Source of the DNA: Catajapyx aquilonaris
Lineage: Eukaryota
Direction: 5' to 3'
Assembly (NCBI GenBank): GCA_000934665.2
Contig: JYFJ02001638.1
Coordinates: 62,001-125,643 of the forward strand
DNA: 63,643 nt
Below, piece after piece: positions 25,801 to 38,700 of the stretch (its first letter is position 1; each line of letters begins with the position of its first letter). Under the pieces are notes generated by a model. It saw only the letters and a program-made list of their open reading frames with translations, ran no database searches and was not told the origin of the DNA. The translations under genes were made by a program, and so were the position numbers.

Positions 25801-26712
25801 CCCTGTGGTTCTTACCAGACTTTCTGGTAACTTTTGAGTGCGGATTAAAGGGATGGGTTTCCACCCCCCTCCGGCCTGAGCCTGTTTCAGAGTGTCGCTT
25901 TCCATTTGTCCTGGGCTTGGGTCTAACCACCGTCGTCGCCAGGCATTCGAGATGATGTAAAGACTATACTGCTTTCACCGCAGGAGAGTCGCTTCATTCG
26001 TTCAAGATCCGTGGAAAATAGGAGAAGAAGAAAAGGGAAAGGCCCGAGGGAATCAGCAGGAACAGCCTCCAGGGGGGGTTTCTATAACTTTGCTCTTCCT
26101 TCGTGCAACAGGGTGGTACGTCAAATTCCTCCAGCAGGATGTGGCAGAATACACTGAAAGTCTCTTATCAATCTGCCGACAGGCGGAATTATTATCATCA
26201 CTATAAAGCAATGCCATCTGGTCATTATACACGGGATTATCCGGCCGATTGTGCCCGATGTTTCGACTCACCCTGTGTTTGTGTACACATCACCGTTCTC
26301 TCTCTCTATTTCTTCTCCGGTCATTCTCTTGTATATATCCGTCTGGAGGCTCAATTCCGCCTGAATCTATATAGCCATTGTTTAGACGCGCTTGATCGAA
26401 CCCGAAGGACGAAAGGAAAAGGACTGGCTCAGCCAGTAATATCGAACATGCCTGAAATATTAAGAGCGACCAGTCACATCCTGAGATGATGAACGCTTTT
26501 GAATGAAGTTTGAACACCGCATTATTGGATATATTCCCTTCCCAAACATTTATTAAGGGACCTGTAATAATTTGCTCCATCAGGCAAACGGACTTGACCA
26601 CTATAGACTGTACTGTATACGGAAGGACTTTCATATCGGCTGACCTATAATGTGGCAGAGGTATAGGGGCACACCGAACCAACTTATACCCCATGACGTA
26701 ACTTTTCTTCCC

Positions 26713-26787
26713 GGCGGATACACCACTATCATTCAGCGGATACACACCTACATTCAGCGGATACACACCTATCTTCAGCGGATACAC
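26713..26787 (+). repeat. 21-bp minisatellite, about 3.5 copies
   Basis: Core cagcggatacacaccta repeated head-to-tail without unique spacers. Confidence 0.8.
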
Positions 26788-29294
26788 GCAAATAGGAAAG
26801 TATAGGTAAAAGTGCTGCGTCTCCCGAAGCACTAATGCACAATGCCTAATAATCGACCAATGTATGACTCTGACAGTTCTGAACTTGAACCCTATGCAAC
26901 TATAGTGTTCCGGAGAAGTTGTCTTAGGGCAGCATTAGAGCAGCTGGTGCGTGCGTAATGCGTGCAACAGGTGCCTGTCTCCCAGCATCACCCAGCTTAG
27001 AAAGATGATGATGATGATGATGATGATGGTGCAGCAACTTCCAGGCCCTGCTGAGTATACTCTTCACCGGCAGCAGGCTGCGACTTTATTGACTCCGCGC
27101 ATTGATAAGACGGGTTGCATCTGTCGTCTCCCGCCTAACAGTGTCGAGTTGCTCCACTGTGAGCAATGCGAGCCGTTAGTCTCTCTCGACACCAGCAGCA
27201 GGATATTCCCAGGAGCGTACGTGACCCTTCCAGAACCAGAAAAGAAGGAGCGATGGGCGAGTTGGTCGTTTGGGCTCTGCCTCTCTCTGATGTGCAAGGC
27301 AGAGATTCCGAGTCCCTTGCTCACTCCTCAGAGAAGCAGCGAGCATGAGATAAAAGCAAGTTGGAGAAAGGAGGAGGAGGCAGGAAACTGGGAATTTCTT
27401 GTGCCAAGGAGGAGGCCCAACTTGAGCTAATCAAATGAAGGGGAAATGAGAGAAGTTTGGTCTGGAAAAGGGCAAGCAGAGAGAGAGAGAGGAGGAAGAC
27501 ACACTCTCTGGAGCTATAGTTGTGGATGGATGCTGCCAATCTGGTTCTTGGAAAGGGGCAACTTCTGCTCTTCCTTCCCTCATTCCACTTGCACCATTTC
27601 AACTGCCTGCTAATGGAGCTTTTCATTATGCGCCACTCCTGCCTCAGACATCTTGCACATAATATCTCTAGTGTAGACTGTATATTTCGCTTGTGATTTT
27701 GCACCCATTCCAGCATGTGGCCAAATCTGACCGGAGTCTGCAGGGGATTGGCTTCTTCATGGAAATCTGAGCCAGCCAGATCCTATCTGCACCTTCCCCA
27801 GCAAGTGGTCTCGATCAGTGTCAAGGATTACTCTTCCACACCCCTTCTTCCCCAGCAGAATCCTTTTCACTCTCTTTGCTTTGGATCCGATTTCGAAACA
27901 ACCCCTTCTTTTCCTCCAATCCTCTCTCATCCGATCCTATATACCCTCCCTTCTTTTCTTTCTTTTTTTTACTTAAGCGCCCCTGATTTCCACGAAGAAA
28001 AGTCCAGGGCTTCCCAGGGCCTGCAGGCTCGTCATTTATTCAGATGGCTCCCAGCCAATGAATGCTAATTTATTTTACATTCTCCGCAGTTACTACCGTA
28101 CATTCCCAAAATTGGACAGCACCAAAAAATATACCAGAACAGGCGGGCTCTGCAGCGAAAACATTTTATCGCATGGAAAGTATAATATCATTACCGATAT
28201 ATTACACGCTTCGAGTAACTTTGCACTCGGTTGAATACACACCTGTAGCTTGCGCATCATATAAAAAGGATAGAAGGAACATGGCTGGTTATGAAAGGGC
28301 TCGATGCGCAGTATATCCATCAGATCAGATTGTGTTGCACAACTACTGATAATTTGCAGGCCCGGGCATTGTTGGTGCGAGCGTGCGGGTGCATCATTAT
28401 TTTATTGTTACACTACTCTTCGGATAGAATGGGATTAGGGAGCGAGCATGGATTCGTTTATGGGAATGAACAAGAGCACGCGCTTCAATGACCTTTTGAA
28501 GCTAATTGGGCTTCCGGAGAGAGAGGCGGCGCCAACCAGCTTACATGAATTATTTATCCAGCTCCGTCCGGCCAGCCGTACAACTTGACCAAAAACCATC
28601 GATTGACCCGATAATAACCACACGCCCACCTGCACACGGCCCAGCAAGAAGCGCATAATTAGCCGACTGCCTAAGTGTGCAGCCGCGTAATTACCAGTCA
28701 ACATCACGTCCCAAAAAATAATTACACGAACATATACGTTTGGTATGTATCACAGACTTCGGCTGGGAAAAAAAAGACTGACGTGCGTGTCTCTTTGCAA
28801 AGTGCATCGGAATTACCCCTAGTAAAAGCCGGTTTTACGACCCGTTTGGGTGCGAGGCATAATTAAATTCACGCTTTCGACACCGTCTTAAAACCGGAGA
28901 AGTTGCAAGTCCCAAGAGGAACCCCCCCCATCGGAAACGGGGCGACGACGACGACGACGGATACGCTACACTTTGCCCCTCTACTTTTCCTTCGGATGTA
29001 ACGAGGAGGTAACACAATATGGAGACGGGGGGGATGCCTTTAACAGGTCGCTTCTCCCCTCTGGGAACGCCGTTCAGTCACATGTAAGGGTAGAGGCCGA
29101 ACATTAAGTCGATCCCACTGCGCCAAAAGAACTGCCATTTTTCTAACCGGCAAAGTGTCATCTGCCAATATCGCATTAATTTTAAACCATTGCAGTGCAA
29201 GGAGGTGCTTTAAGGCTAAACCAGGCCAAGTAAAGTGCAACCCTGCTCGTAAACGGGCCTGAAAAAAAACCATTTATAACCTATCCTAACTATA

Positions 29295-29501
29295 CAGGGT
29301 GGTCCAAGTTCAAGTGTCGTTTTATAACGGCGATTAATAGCAGTGATTTTGCGATGACGTAGCAGCGACGCGTAAAATGTCCCACTTCGGCGCATCTTCG
29401 GCGCAATAGAAGTGGGCAATTTTACACGTCGCTGCTACGTCATCGTTAAGCGCTTCTATTAATCGCCGTTATAAAACGACACTTGAACTTGGATCACCCT
29501 G
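29295..29501. mobile_element. Tc1/mariner-type MITE (207 bp) with TA target-site duplication
   Basis: TA|CAGGGTGGTCCAAGTTCAAGTGTCGTTTTATAACGGCGATTAATAG ... CTATTAATCGCCGTTATAAAACGACACTTGAACTTGGATCACCCTG|TA. Almost entirely palindromic. A lone matching end (tggatcaccctgta) lies at 39022-39035. Confidence 0.85.
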
Positions 29502-29518
29502 TATAGAGAGCCTCGAGT

Positions 29519-29778
29519 GAGAGTCGGCAACTTCTGACGTCACGGGCTGGAATAATTACGGACTGTTTGCGTGCCCTATGGAGGTCGCCATCATGCATTT
29601 ATATAGAAAAAGTGACCTGCTATGACGTCACGGTCGACTCGGATTGGCTGGACTGGCTCCATCCAATCGGAGACGACCGTGACGTCACAGCCGGCCATTT
29701 TCTCCCCACACGTAAACACTCCATAATGACTCCAGCCAATCAGAGACGACGACGTGACGTCAGAAGTTGGCGACTCTC
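29519..29778. mobile_element. Second MITE-like palindrome next to the mariner MITE, carrying four TGACGTCA motifs
   Basis: gagagtcggcaacttctgacgtcacg ... cgtgacgtcagaagttggcgactctc, with an inner arm pair tgacgtcacggtcg...cgaccgtgacgtca. Confidence 0.75.
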
Positions 29779-30030
29779 TTCCTAATCCTAACCTAACTTT
29801 ACCCTGAAGTATCACGATGGCCGCTTCGACACTACTTGTCTGGGTCGGCTGTGGGATGTCCAGCCTGAGGATGGCCCTTTTTCCCGGTCGGGTGACAATA
29901 GTGAGTGGCCTGTCTGCTGGAATGAGGTAGAAGTAAGGCGGGCTGTGATATGAGTAGGCACTTGATTCCTTTCAGCCTTGATTGCTGGTGGTGGCTGCTG
30001 CCTCCCGCCGTCCATTTACATTATGCCTCG

Positions 30031-30062
<32 letters not shown>

Positions 30063-33000
30063 GCTTTCCCTCTCCCTCTCTCTATCCCCCTCCGCCCTCT
30101 GCTGCCTTTCATTTCATTAGTCAACTCCCTTTCTGTCTGCCCATTTTCAGCTACTCTTTGATCCGGGCCAACTACCCCTCGACTCACCCACTCAATCCGT
30201 TCCTCTCTAGTACTACACTGTGCCATTCTGCTATTATTACCTCCCGGGGATGCCGTGGAGTCACTCGCTGCTCCATTAAACGGCATTCCCGCTAGATGTC
30301 GGGCCGACCAAAGAGCCATCTAGCGGCGGACACCAAGGAAATAAACCCAGTGGGAGTATTTTCAGAGTGCACACTTAATAGTGAAGGGCACATGTGTGCG
30401 TATCAGAGCGGATCCGACGCATGCAAGGAAGCAGAGCAGCTGCCACCACTCTCTTTTGTGTGTGGTGGTGGTGGTTGGTATGGTAGAGGGGGGACAGGGG
30501 GGGTGGGCGAGACAATATTCATCGATCGGGAATCGACAAAAGGCAGGCGGCACCAGAACCAGCAGAATCAGGCCGACTCTACTCTTGCACAGGATATCAT
30601 AATGAGTCTGGAAAACTTGTTGGGGTGGGAAACAGGATGCCGCAAAATAATGAGCTTCAAACGGGTATATCATATGCCCTTTCCATTTCGAATGTTTGTT
30701 CAAATCATTATGAAACACCATGTGGGCAAACCACGATTACACCATCAGTATACATATACAAGCGGATGTTAAACAGCAGTTGGCTTTGTTTAACGTGCTG
30801 GGGGTGCAACAAGTAGCCTAGCCGTATAACAAAGTGCGTTGCTGCTGATGGTTGGTTTTAATGTGACGAGCCACAAAGCAGATTCCGAAAAATAATTTAA
30901 TCGCGCGATTTTTTTTTTTTTGAGGGGGGGGGGGGGGGGGGNTTGAACGATGAATTATCCGTGTGTTTGCGCAAAGTTCAGATTAGCAAATTGAGGCCCG
31001 GATCATGGGATGTAATTGAATTTTTTGGGGGGGACAGAACTCTTGCTTTTTATTGAAGGGGGGGGGGGGTGCGCATCGGGCGGTTTGTTCAAAAAAGTAA
31101 TTGGAGTAATACGCAAAAAAATGACATCGCTCTTTCGCTAATTGATAAAGAGCGAGCTTATATGGTGCTTTTGAAGTGTCCGTTTCAAACCGCAATGTTG
31201 TTATTAACCTACAGCTACTTTATCATCATCAATTGTTTGTATGTAAATGTGGAATATATTCACCTGGTGCTGCTTAGATTTGGCAACGCGGCTTGTACAG
31301 TGCTATAGGAGTGGAACAAATAATTGAGCCAAGTCTGCGAGGAGAAAAGACTGCGTTATTGGCGAAAATGTTTGTGCGGAAATGGGGCCTGGAGGCAGTT
31401 GTAAGTTTCCCCGAGGCAGCAATGAGCTCTCTCGATTGTCTTTGAAGAAGTTGGATGGGAAGGGAAGGGAAAGAGAGGAGAAAGTCATTGCACGTGGAGC
31501 TCCCCCCCTTTTCTTCTTCTTCTTCAACTTGTGTGAAACTGACCTGGTCTGTTCCAGCCCGTCCTGATATGAATGTAGTGTCCCACGGGACCCATTAGAG
31601 GCCATGCCCCCCCTCTGTCCCCTCCTCTCCTCTTTCTCCCACAGGTATTGATCCAGAGCCTGGCTGCTTCTGCTGCCTTGTCCACACCTGAACTCGACAA
31701 GCAATTCTCCCTTTTCCACAACCATCACTGCCACTTACTTACCCCATCACACGATGGTCTCACCCACCCCAGCGCACTGACTGGGGAGCATGGATAGCGA
31801 CCTTTTGACCTTCCCCAGCAGGTCATCTGCATTTCAAATCCCCCGAAGCCCAAAAGTCTCCTTTCGTCTGGCTGGACACTTGTCTGTTTGTCTCTCTCTC
31901 GATTTACGATGCAATCGATTAGCGATCTCGCATGGCTCCCATTGTTTATATTAGCGGTAAATTTAGGATTAACGACCTGTTTGCCTTGTCACGCCTGCAT
32001 TAAACTAGGCCCGTAATCCTGCATGTGAAGTGGACCCCGTGTTTCTCTATATAACGAAGAGGCACGAGCTGGAACGATCCGGGCTCGATCGGACCTTTCT
32101 TGTTCCACAGGGTGTCTCAGAACTCGTCTAATTTGGCATGGTTTGAAATACTAATTGATTGCCTGGTGCGCCACTGGTTGAAGGATTTAATTTCCTGCCG
32201 GCTCGTCTTGATTCATGATGCTGGAAAAAGACGGGGGGGATCGGTTAGTGAGGCATGGCTTGGCTGGAGGTTCTAAATTGGGAGCCCTCTATCTCCCCGT
32301 CTCTTTCCCTCCCCCGGGGTCACCTAATGAGGTGATTAACACACCCACGCAGCAAGTCTCCCACGTACACACGTATGCTCCAAGTCCTTCCCTCGGGATA
32401 TCCGTCCATCCCATCCCACCAAGACCGGTCCATACGAAGAGATGCTGCAAGAATCTGGCTGTTGCTTTAAATAATTGTATAGGATGACGTCAGATGTGGG
32501 TGGGTTGGTATTGCCCCATTTCCTTGCAACTTGCCCACTCTTCATATACGGAAAGAGAGATGCGACCCTCATCCTTTTTCTCTCTTTATTTTTGGCAGAT
32601 ATGTCCCTCTCCCAGCCGTAGCCTTGCCCCTGCCCCTTTCCACCCCTGCCATCCAGGAGGGGGTGGGGAGTGGGGGGTGGGGAGCGCGACCTCGCTGCTT
32701 CCGGCCCGCAAAAAAAGTCAATACGGGGCAACAGGTTGAGGCAAGGCAAAGGGCTAGATGGAAAAGCGAGCGAGAGAAGAGCTACCTTGTGCACACCGAT
32801 TCATTCCAAGAATAAGGGACTCACGTAAAAACCAGGAGAAATCGGCCTAACCATGCCTTATATGAGAGAGCGTTATCCTGGAGGATAAGGCAGCAATTTC
32901 TCCCCCGGTGCTGCGGGTTGCCATCAGCTCTTAGGATAAAGTGTGGTCCCTGAAGCTTTGTGTCACTTCCGCCTTCAGGGTATGTAGTAGGAACCGCACA

Positions 33001-35766
33001 AGAGAGAGACATATCGCATTACGCACCAAAGTTACTGCCAGGGCTGGTTCAAAGTAGATTAGCTGGTGCCTGGCTCCATCCATATTCGCAGCCAAGTCCC
33101 ATAGGCCCGTGCTCTACGTACACCAGTACGTGCGGTATAATTCAATTGCGGAGCGTTCCATTCGCGGCAATTAGCTCGCACAGTTGAGACTGGTATCGGC
33201 TTCGTACCCCCAGCAACACCTTATTGTTCGGCATGCCGATGGTGTAGCGTGATATCGTTAAAAGTCTATGCGAACGACGCTTCAGGTTAGATCGCTTTTT
33301 GTCCGATTCTGCGTGTGTCTCAAGCGCAAGTAATCCAGTGTGGCGGATCAGGACTGGGGTCCAAATCTCCTCTTTCCAAATGGAGGGTTTTGCGCGCCAT
33401 TGTGCTCGAATAGATTGCTCCAGCTATAGGGTATTAGAGTTAGTGACCAACCTTCCTTCTCTCTTTTTTTGTGTGTGTGCGCGCGGTTTGGGTGGGTGGG
33501 AAGCCCCCTGGCTGGCTGACCCCTAGTCTGATTGGACTTGGAGCTGATTAGGACTCTGGCTGGTTCCTTTTTCCGACTTTCAAACTAGTTTTTGGAGGGG
33601 AGTCGCAGCGGCTCGTCCTTTTCAATTCAAACTTTGTGCCTGGGCTCCTACACTACTGGCAAACGGGAATTGAAGAAAAGGGGACTTCTTCTTTTTTCCT
33701 CTTCCAGCAGTCCGCCATGGGAAAACTTTTCTTTTCCTTATATATACAGTATAACTCACACATATTCTCTCTTGGGGGGCGTGCCATCTATATACCCCAG
33801 GCTGGGTGAAAAGTTACAGTGGAAATGTGCATGCCTCACCTCCCATGCGCACTTTTTCCAAGAGAGAGAGTCGCAAAGTCATTTTATTCCTCGCCCCAGC
33901 AGCAGCCGACCCGAGGTATAATGGCATATAAAGAAAGTGGAGGCTTGGCTTATGGTTGTCGAAACTAAAGGTTGGCACAGGTGCAGGGTCCAAACCCCCT
34001 TATATGAGACAGGCCTCCTTACTTCCAGGAAAAGGAATGGGGAGCCCCACCTTTTCGCCGAATCTACAGGGCGACCCAGCTCATTCCACCTTTCCAATGT
34101 GGACGGGGCTGTGGTAACGAACCACCCTGTCCATGGCGAGTTAAGCCAAATGACTCCCGGATACAGATGGGAAAAAAGGCATCTGCTCTCTCTCTGTATA
34201 TATATGCCGAGGTTGCGTGCCTGAATTTTTACGGAGGCCCCCCCATCAGAAGTTACAACTATGTACAGGTTGTCTCATTTTGTACGAATGAGCCGGGTTG
34301 TCCCAAACTTTTTGTGACGCGCAGTAGTTTGAAGGTTCTTTTTTTTCCTCAAAGAATAAGGATCCGGTAATGAACATGAATGTTTCAGGAGCAGTGCGAT
34401 ATTGAGACGCGGGGGAAAAAAAAGAAGTTTCGTGCCATTTGGACGGAGCCTTAATAGCATGAGTGAGTAGGGAGGGGGGGTTACTTTATTCAAGACTTTA
34501 ATCACTTCTCTCGCTGACTTTTTTTTCTTTCCCCCCCTCCCCCCCTCCTGCCCTCCTGTCGTCTGGTCCCCAGTTGAACTTTGCATAACTCGTGGGAATC
34601 CAGCACAGGTTTTGGGCCGAGCATTCCGAATAAGGGGGGCGGCAAAGAAGCTGGCTTGATGAGAAATATGCGGCGGCAATAAAAAATTGGGGCCGCATTT
34701 ACATTTAAAAGGCAAGCCGCGGTTCGGGGTTTATTCCGCTCCTTAATTACAACAGCATTCATACAGGGTGCACATGCATTAGATTCGTGATTATTGCTGT
34801 GTTTATTGTGACTCGTTCTAGCAGATTGGTGATTGACTGACTGACCGATTGATGCATCATCGGGCGGCGGAAGTAGCCAGGTCAGAGGGCAGGTGACCAC
34901 CGAGTGTACGGCAAGTGCTGCTGTATATGTGCGGGTCATACCGTACTCCACTCGGCCGCAGCCATGTTGCCCACCAACGTCATGTCCTTCATGAAAAAGG
35001 TACGTGCTATATATAACTTTGGAACAACACACTGTATGATATTCAAACCAGGTGCAAATTAGCGTTTCATGCTTGTTGCTGCTGCCATGCACAACGAACT
35101 TTGTAACAATATACTGCCTCAAGTTTGGTTCAGGATCTACGTAGTGCACTGTATAGATGATGAGCAGCTGGCTCCAGGGCGAACAACAGCAGAGAACTGC
35201 ACCTGACACGTGTCTGTCTGCCTTTGAAAAATAATTGTATACAACAGGGGGTGGTGCATGCTCCTCTTCTGCATCGATGATGCTGCATCCCGTGAACATC
35301 GTGCAGTCTCCTATGGCAGCATCTGCTTGTGCTCCTCTTTATTCTTGGGGAAGCAATCAATCCCTCCTGGGATTGAGGAATATCGGCGGATTACTGGGGG
35401 GAGGGGGACCCTTCCTTCCAACTTCTCTTCAAGGAGCTTCCCCCCCCAAAAAAGAGGGGCTCCTTTTTCATCTTCCGCTCTATACACACTCAATCCAACC
35501 CTCTTCTCTCTCTCTCCTTTTTTTCAATTTTGTCCTGGTGAAGAAGGGCACAACAAAGCGGTGCCGGCTCGTTCCAGGTTTGACCATACGGTGTACTGTA
35601 CCGGATGTCGGGAAAAAATACACAACAAAATAATATTGCGACGATATGTTGCAGACTTTCACTACTTGACCTACAGCAGTGACACTTTTTAAAAAAACAT
35701 TAGAAATGCATTTTTCTAGGCCTGCGGTTGAGGGAAACATTTAGTTGATGTTGTGGTGATTTCCAG

Positions 35767-38700
35767 ATGGTGACGACGAGCAACGGTACGTCGTCGTCGG
35801 CTGGCACCCCGACGGAGGCGGCGGATGTGGCGTCGTCCATGGCAGGGACGCCCTTCAGCAAGCTCAGGGCCACCCTCTCCTCTGGCCTGCTGCAAGCCAC
35901 AGAAGGTACGTGTAAGCCTGCTGTGTACATATGTACAGCGCATGCATGCGAACAGTCGCGGGTTTTTTTTCCCACTGAATCTCCTATAGTCCTATATACC
36001 GTTTGCGCGTCAGACAAGACAAAAAATACGTCGGAAAATCCTGCCTGGCCGCCAGGATTGTTCCGCAATATCCAGCACGTGTATTGACATATTGGAATTG
36101 AAGCAATATCTTTTGGCATGGGAGACATATCGACAAATTGCGCAAGTGGCTTTTTTTCCTGCGAGACTCTTATTTCTACACGTGATCGCGTCTGGAGCGC
36201 GTCTCATCTACAAGTGTGAAATGGCACCTCTTGTGCTGGTGCCGGCTCCTTTCCTGTGTGAAAGGGATCTCGGTCATTACCCGAGTAATTGCAGTCTGGC
36301 GATTAAGTAAGGTCCTTTTGGCCGAAATGGTAATGCCCAGATAAGTCGGCCCCATGCATGCGAAAGTGCTCATTACAGCCAGGCCAGCAGGTATACAGAA
36401 GCACCTCCAGCCAAAGGAGCCAGTTCTCTCCAGGGAGCAATTATTATGACTCTTACAAGAGGAGGCAACTCGGCGCCGTTCACTTTGTAGCCGCCTTGTT
36501 TTATTGCCCCCCGCACAATTATTCCGACCGTATCGGATAACAGCTTTTGCTTAACATTTATGGTCCGACATGCGGCTTATATTGGGCAAGGCTAACCTGA
36601 TGGAGCCTGTAGCATTCGCCTGTTTGCCATCTTATTCATTCAGCATGTAAACAGTGAATGGACACGAAGACTCTGATGTACGTAGCACGTGTGTGTATAT
36701 GGGGCATTAAAGGAATATGAATATTTGATGCACAGCACACCTGGAGTCTAGGGGGGTCTCCCACGGCAGGACCCAGTGAGAGGAGGGGTCGATACGTCGA
36801 TAGCGAAATGATAATGGTGATTGCATCAGGCGATAAGGCAGGCAGTCCAACACACACACTCTCTTCCTGGTGGTGCCTGATTCGAGGCAAAAGCACGGGC
36901 TCTAATAGCGAGCAGGAGTCCTCTCTTTGCCTCCGCCTGATTGGTCGGCTCCACATTCACCTGGAAAACTAATCAGGACACTAGTGTTTGCACTAGTCTG
37001 CAGAGAAGCCCCTTGGGACAGGGCTCCAACTGCGATGCGGGGATGGAAGGGACCCTCTTCTGTACTTTCCAGGAGGTCACGGCCGAGGGTCAACACCCGT
37101 GACGTCACACTTGCAGCTCCCTTTTGATACTTTTCGAACATACCGCACCATTTCATCAACGCCATCTATGATGCATAGCCTGAATTAGGCGATTAGGCCA
37201 TCCGTGCGGCGTATACCGGAACTACCAGAGCAAACAAACCAAATCCCTCCCCACAAACACCAAAATACTAACTTTTGCATATTATTTAGACTCATAAAAG
37301 TGCGGGTTTCGGACTTTTCCTTCAATCAGCGGCAGGCAAGACATGAGTGTGCCAAGTTTCTGCACTCTCAGTAGTTTGGAAGTGGGTTAGGTAGGCGGGA
37401 GCCCGCGGGACATACAAACAAACAGGGAGAAACTTTCTGCCTTATGTATATGTGTAAGATTCCTTCCTTGGATGACGCACGTGTTTGCAATCTTTTTCCG
37501 TATATAAGGTGAAAAGGATATTACGATGACAGATAGTGGGAGGAAGGATAACGGGTTGTGTTCTCTGTCCCTATTTTATCACTCCCTGGCCGGCATGGGT
37601 TCAAAGGGAAGCCAGAAAAAGGGGGGTGACGTCAGCAGAAGAAGCCCCGCTTTGGGCAAATATTCCGTTGTCATAGCGATATTTTTTCCCTAACACAGCT
37701 TCACTCTTCTGCAGCATATCCCCAGCACGCGCACATCTATTCTATTTTGCCCCACCTTTTGCCTCGACCAGTTCTATTGGATTTGTTGCAAAAATATGAA
37801 TCTTTTCCCCTTTTTTTCCAACCAGAAGCTGTCGTTGGACGCAAAACGGTGCCTGCAACAAATAAATCAGGGAGAAAAACTTTGGCATGTCCAGTTGCAC
37901 CGAGCTGTTTTTCCGGCCGTAAATCTCCGATCGCCAGTTTGGGGATTTACCACGGACGGAAAAGGGCCCAGATGTCTCATTGAATTATATTTTTTTTTTA
38001 CTCGCTTTTACCGCATTTTGAAGAAAAGTCTGATGAGTTGATTGCTCCAAAATTGCATTCCTCCCCCTCATTCACCACCACAGTCTGCAGATTGCCAAAA
38101 ACTTTTTCTTGCTAATTGCTTGACACAAATTAAGCCGCGATAATCCACTTCCATCCAATTCTAAAATTCTGAACAGTCTCTGGGTTTGTTAAACGCTGTA
38201 CTTATTTTGTCACGTCTGCTGCTGGTTAAAGGGTTTTTTTTTGGCGTGATCTGGATCGGTTTGTTCTGTTTGAGTGTTTCGGTCCAATTTGGGCCTCCTT
38301 TGGGTTCCGTCTGGAGCCAAATGAGAGGCAAAGATTTTTGTGGCTTTTGGGTTAGAGCAAGGCCCTGTGAGAGAGGATATCGCTGCCGGGGCTCTGCCAG
38401 CTTGGAATTTATTATTCCTCGGCTCAGTTGGCGCCTGGTGTTGGAGGAGGGAAGCCCTTTGATCATGTTCTATGGGATGCTGTGTGTACTGCAAATCCCA
38501 GTTGTTTTCATTCTTGCAGGAACTGGCTGGTTAATAAACAATTCGGACTAACTTATAACCATCTTGTACGTATATACATGGCTGTTCTTTATCGTTCTAT
38601 AGTTATAAAGCTGTCGCCTGCACGACAAGCTGCGGCTACTGACCATCACCATCAGCAACAACAGCAGCAACAGGCGACAGAGCAGCAGGGAGATGCGACC

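Noticed and set aside
26713..26787. Regular 21-bp repeats as a CRISPR array
   Set aside because: No unique spacers, no cas genes, eukaryotic context.
7715..35766. Many 60-270 aa ORFs in the intergenic/intronic region
   Set aside because: No domain motifs, low complexity, and no consistent exon chain that I could build.
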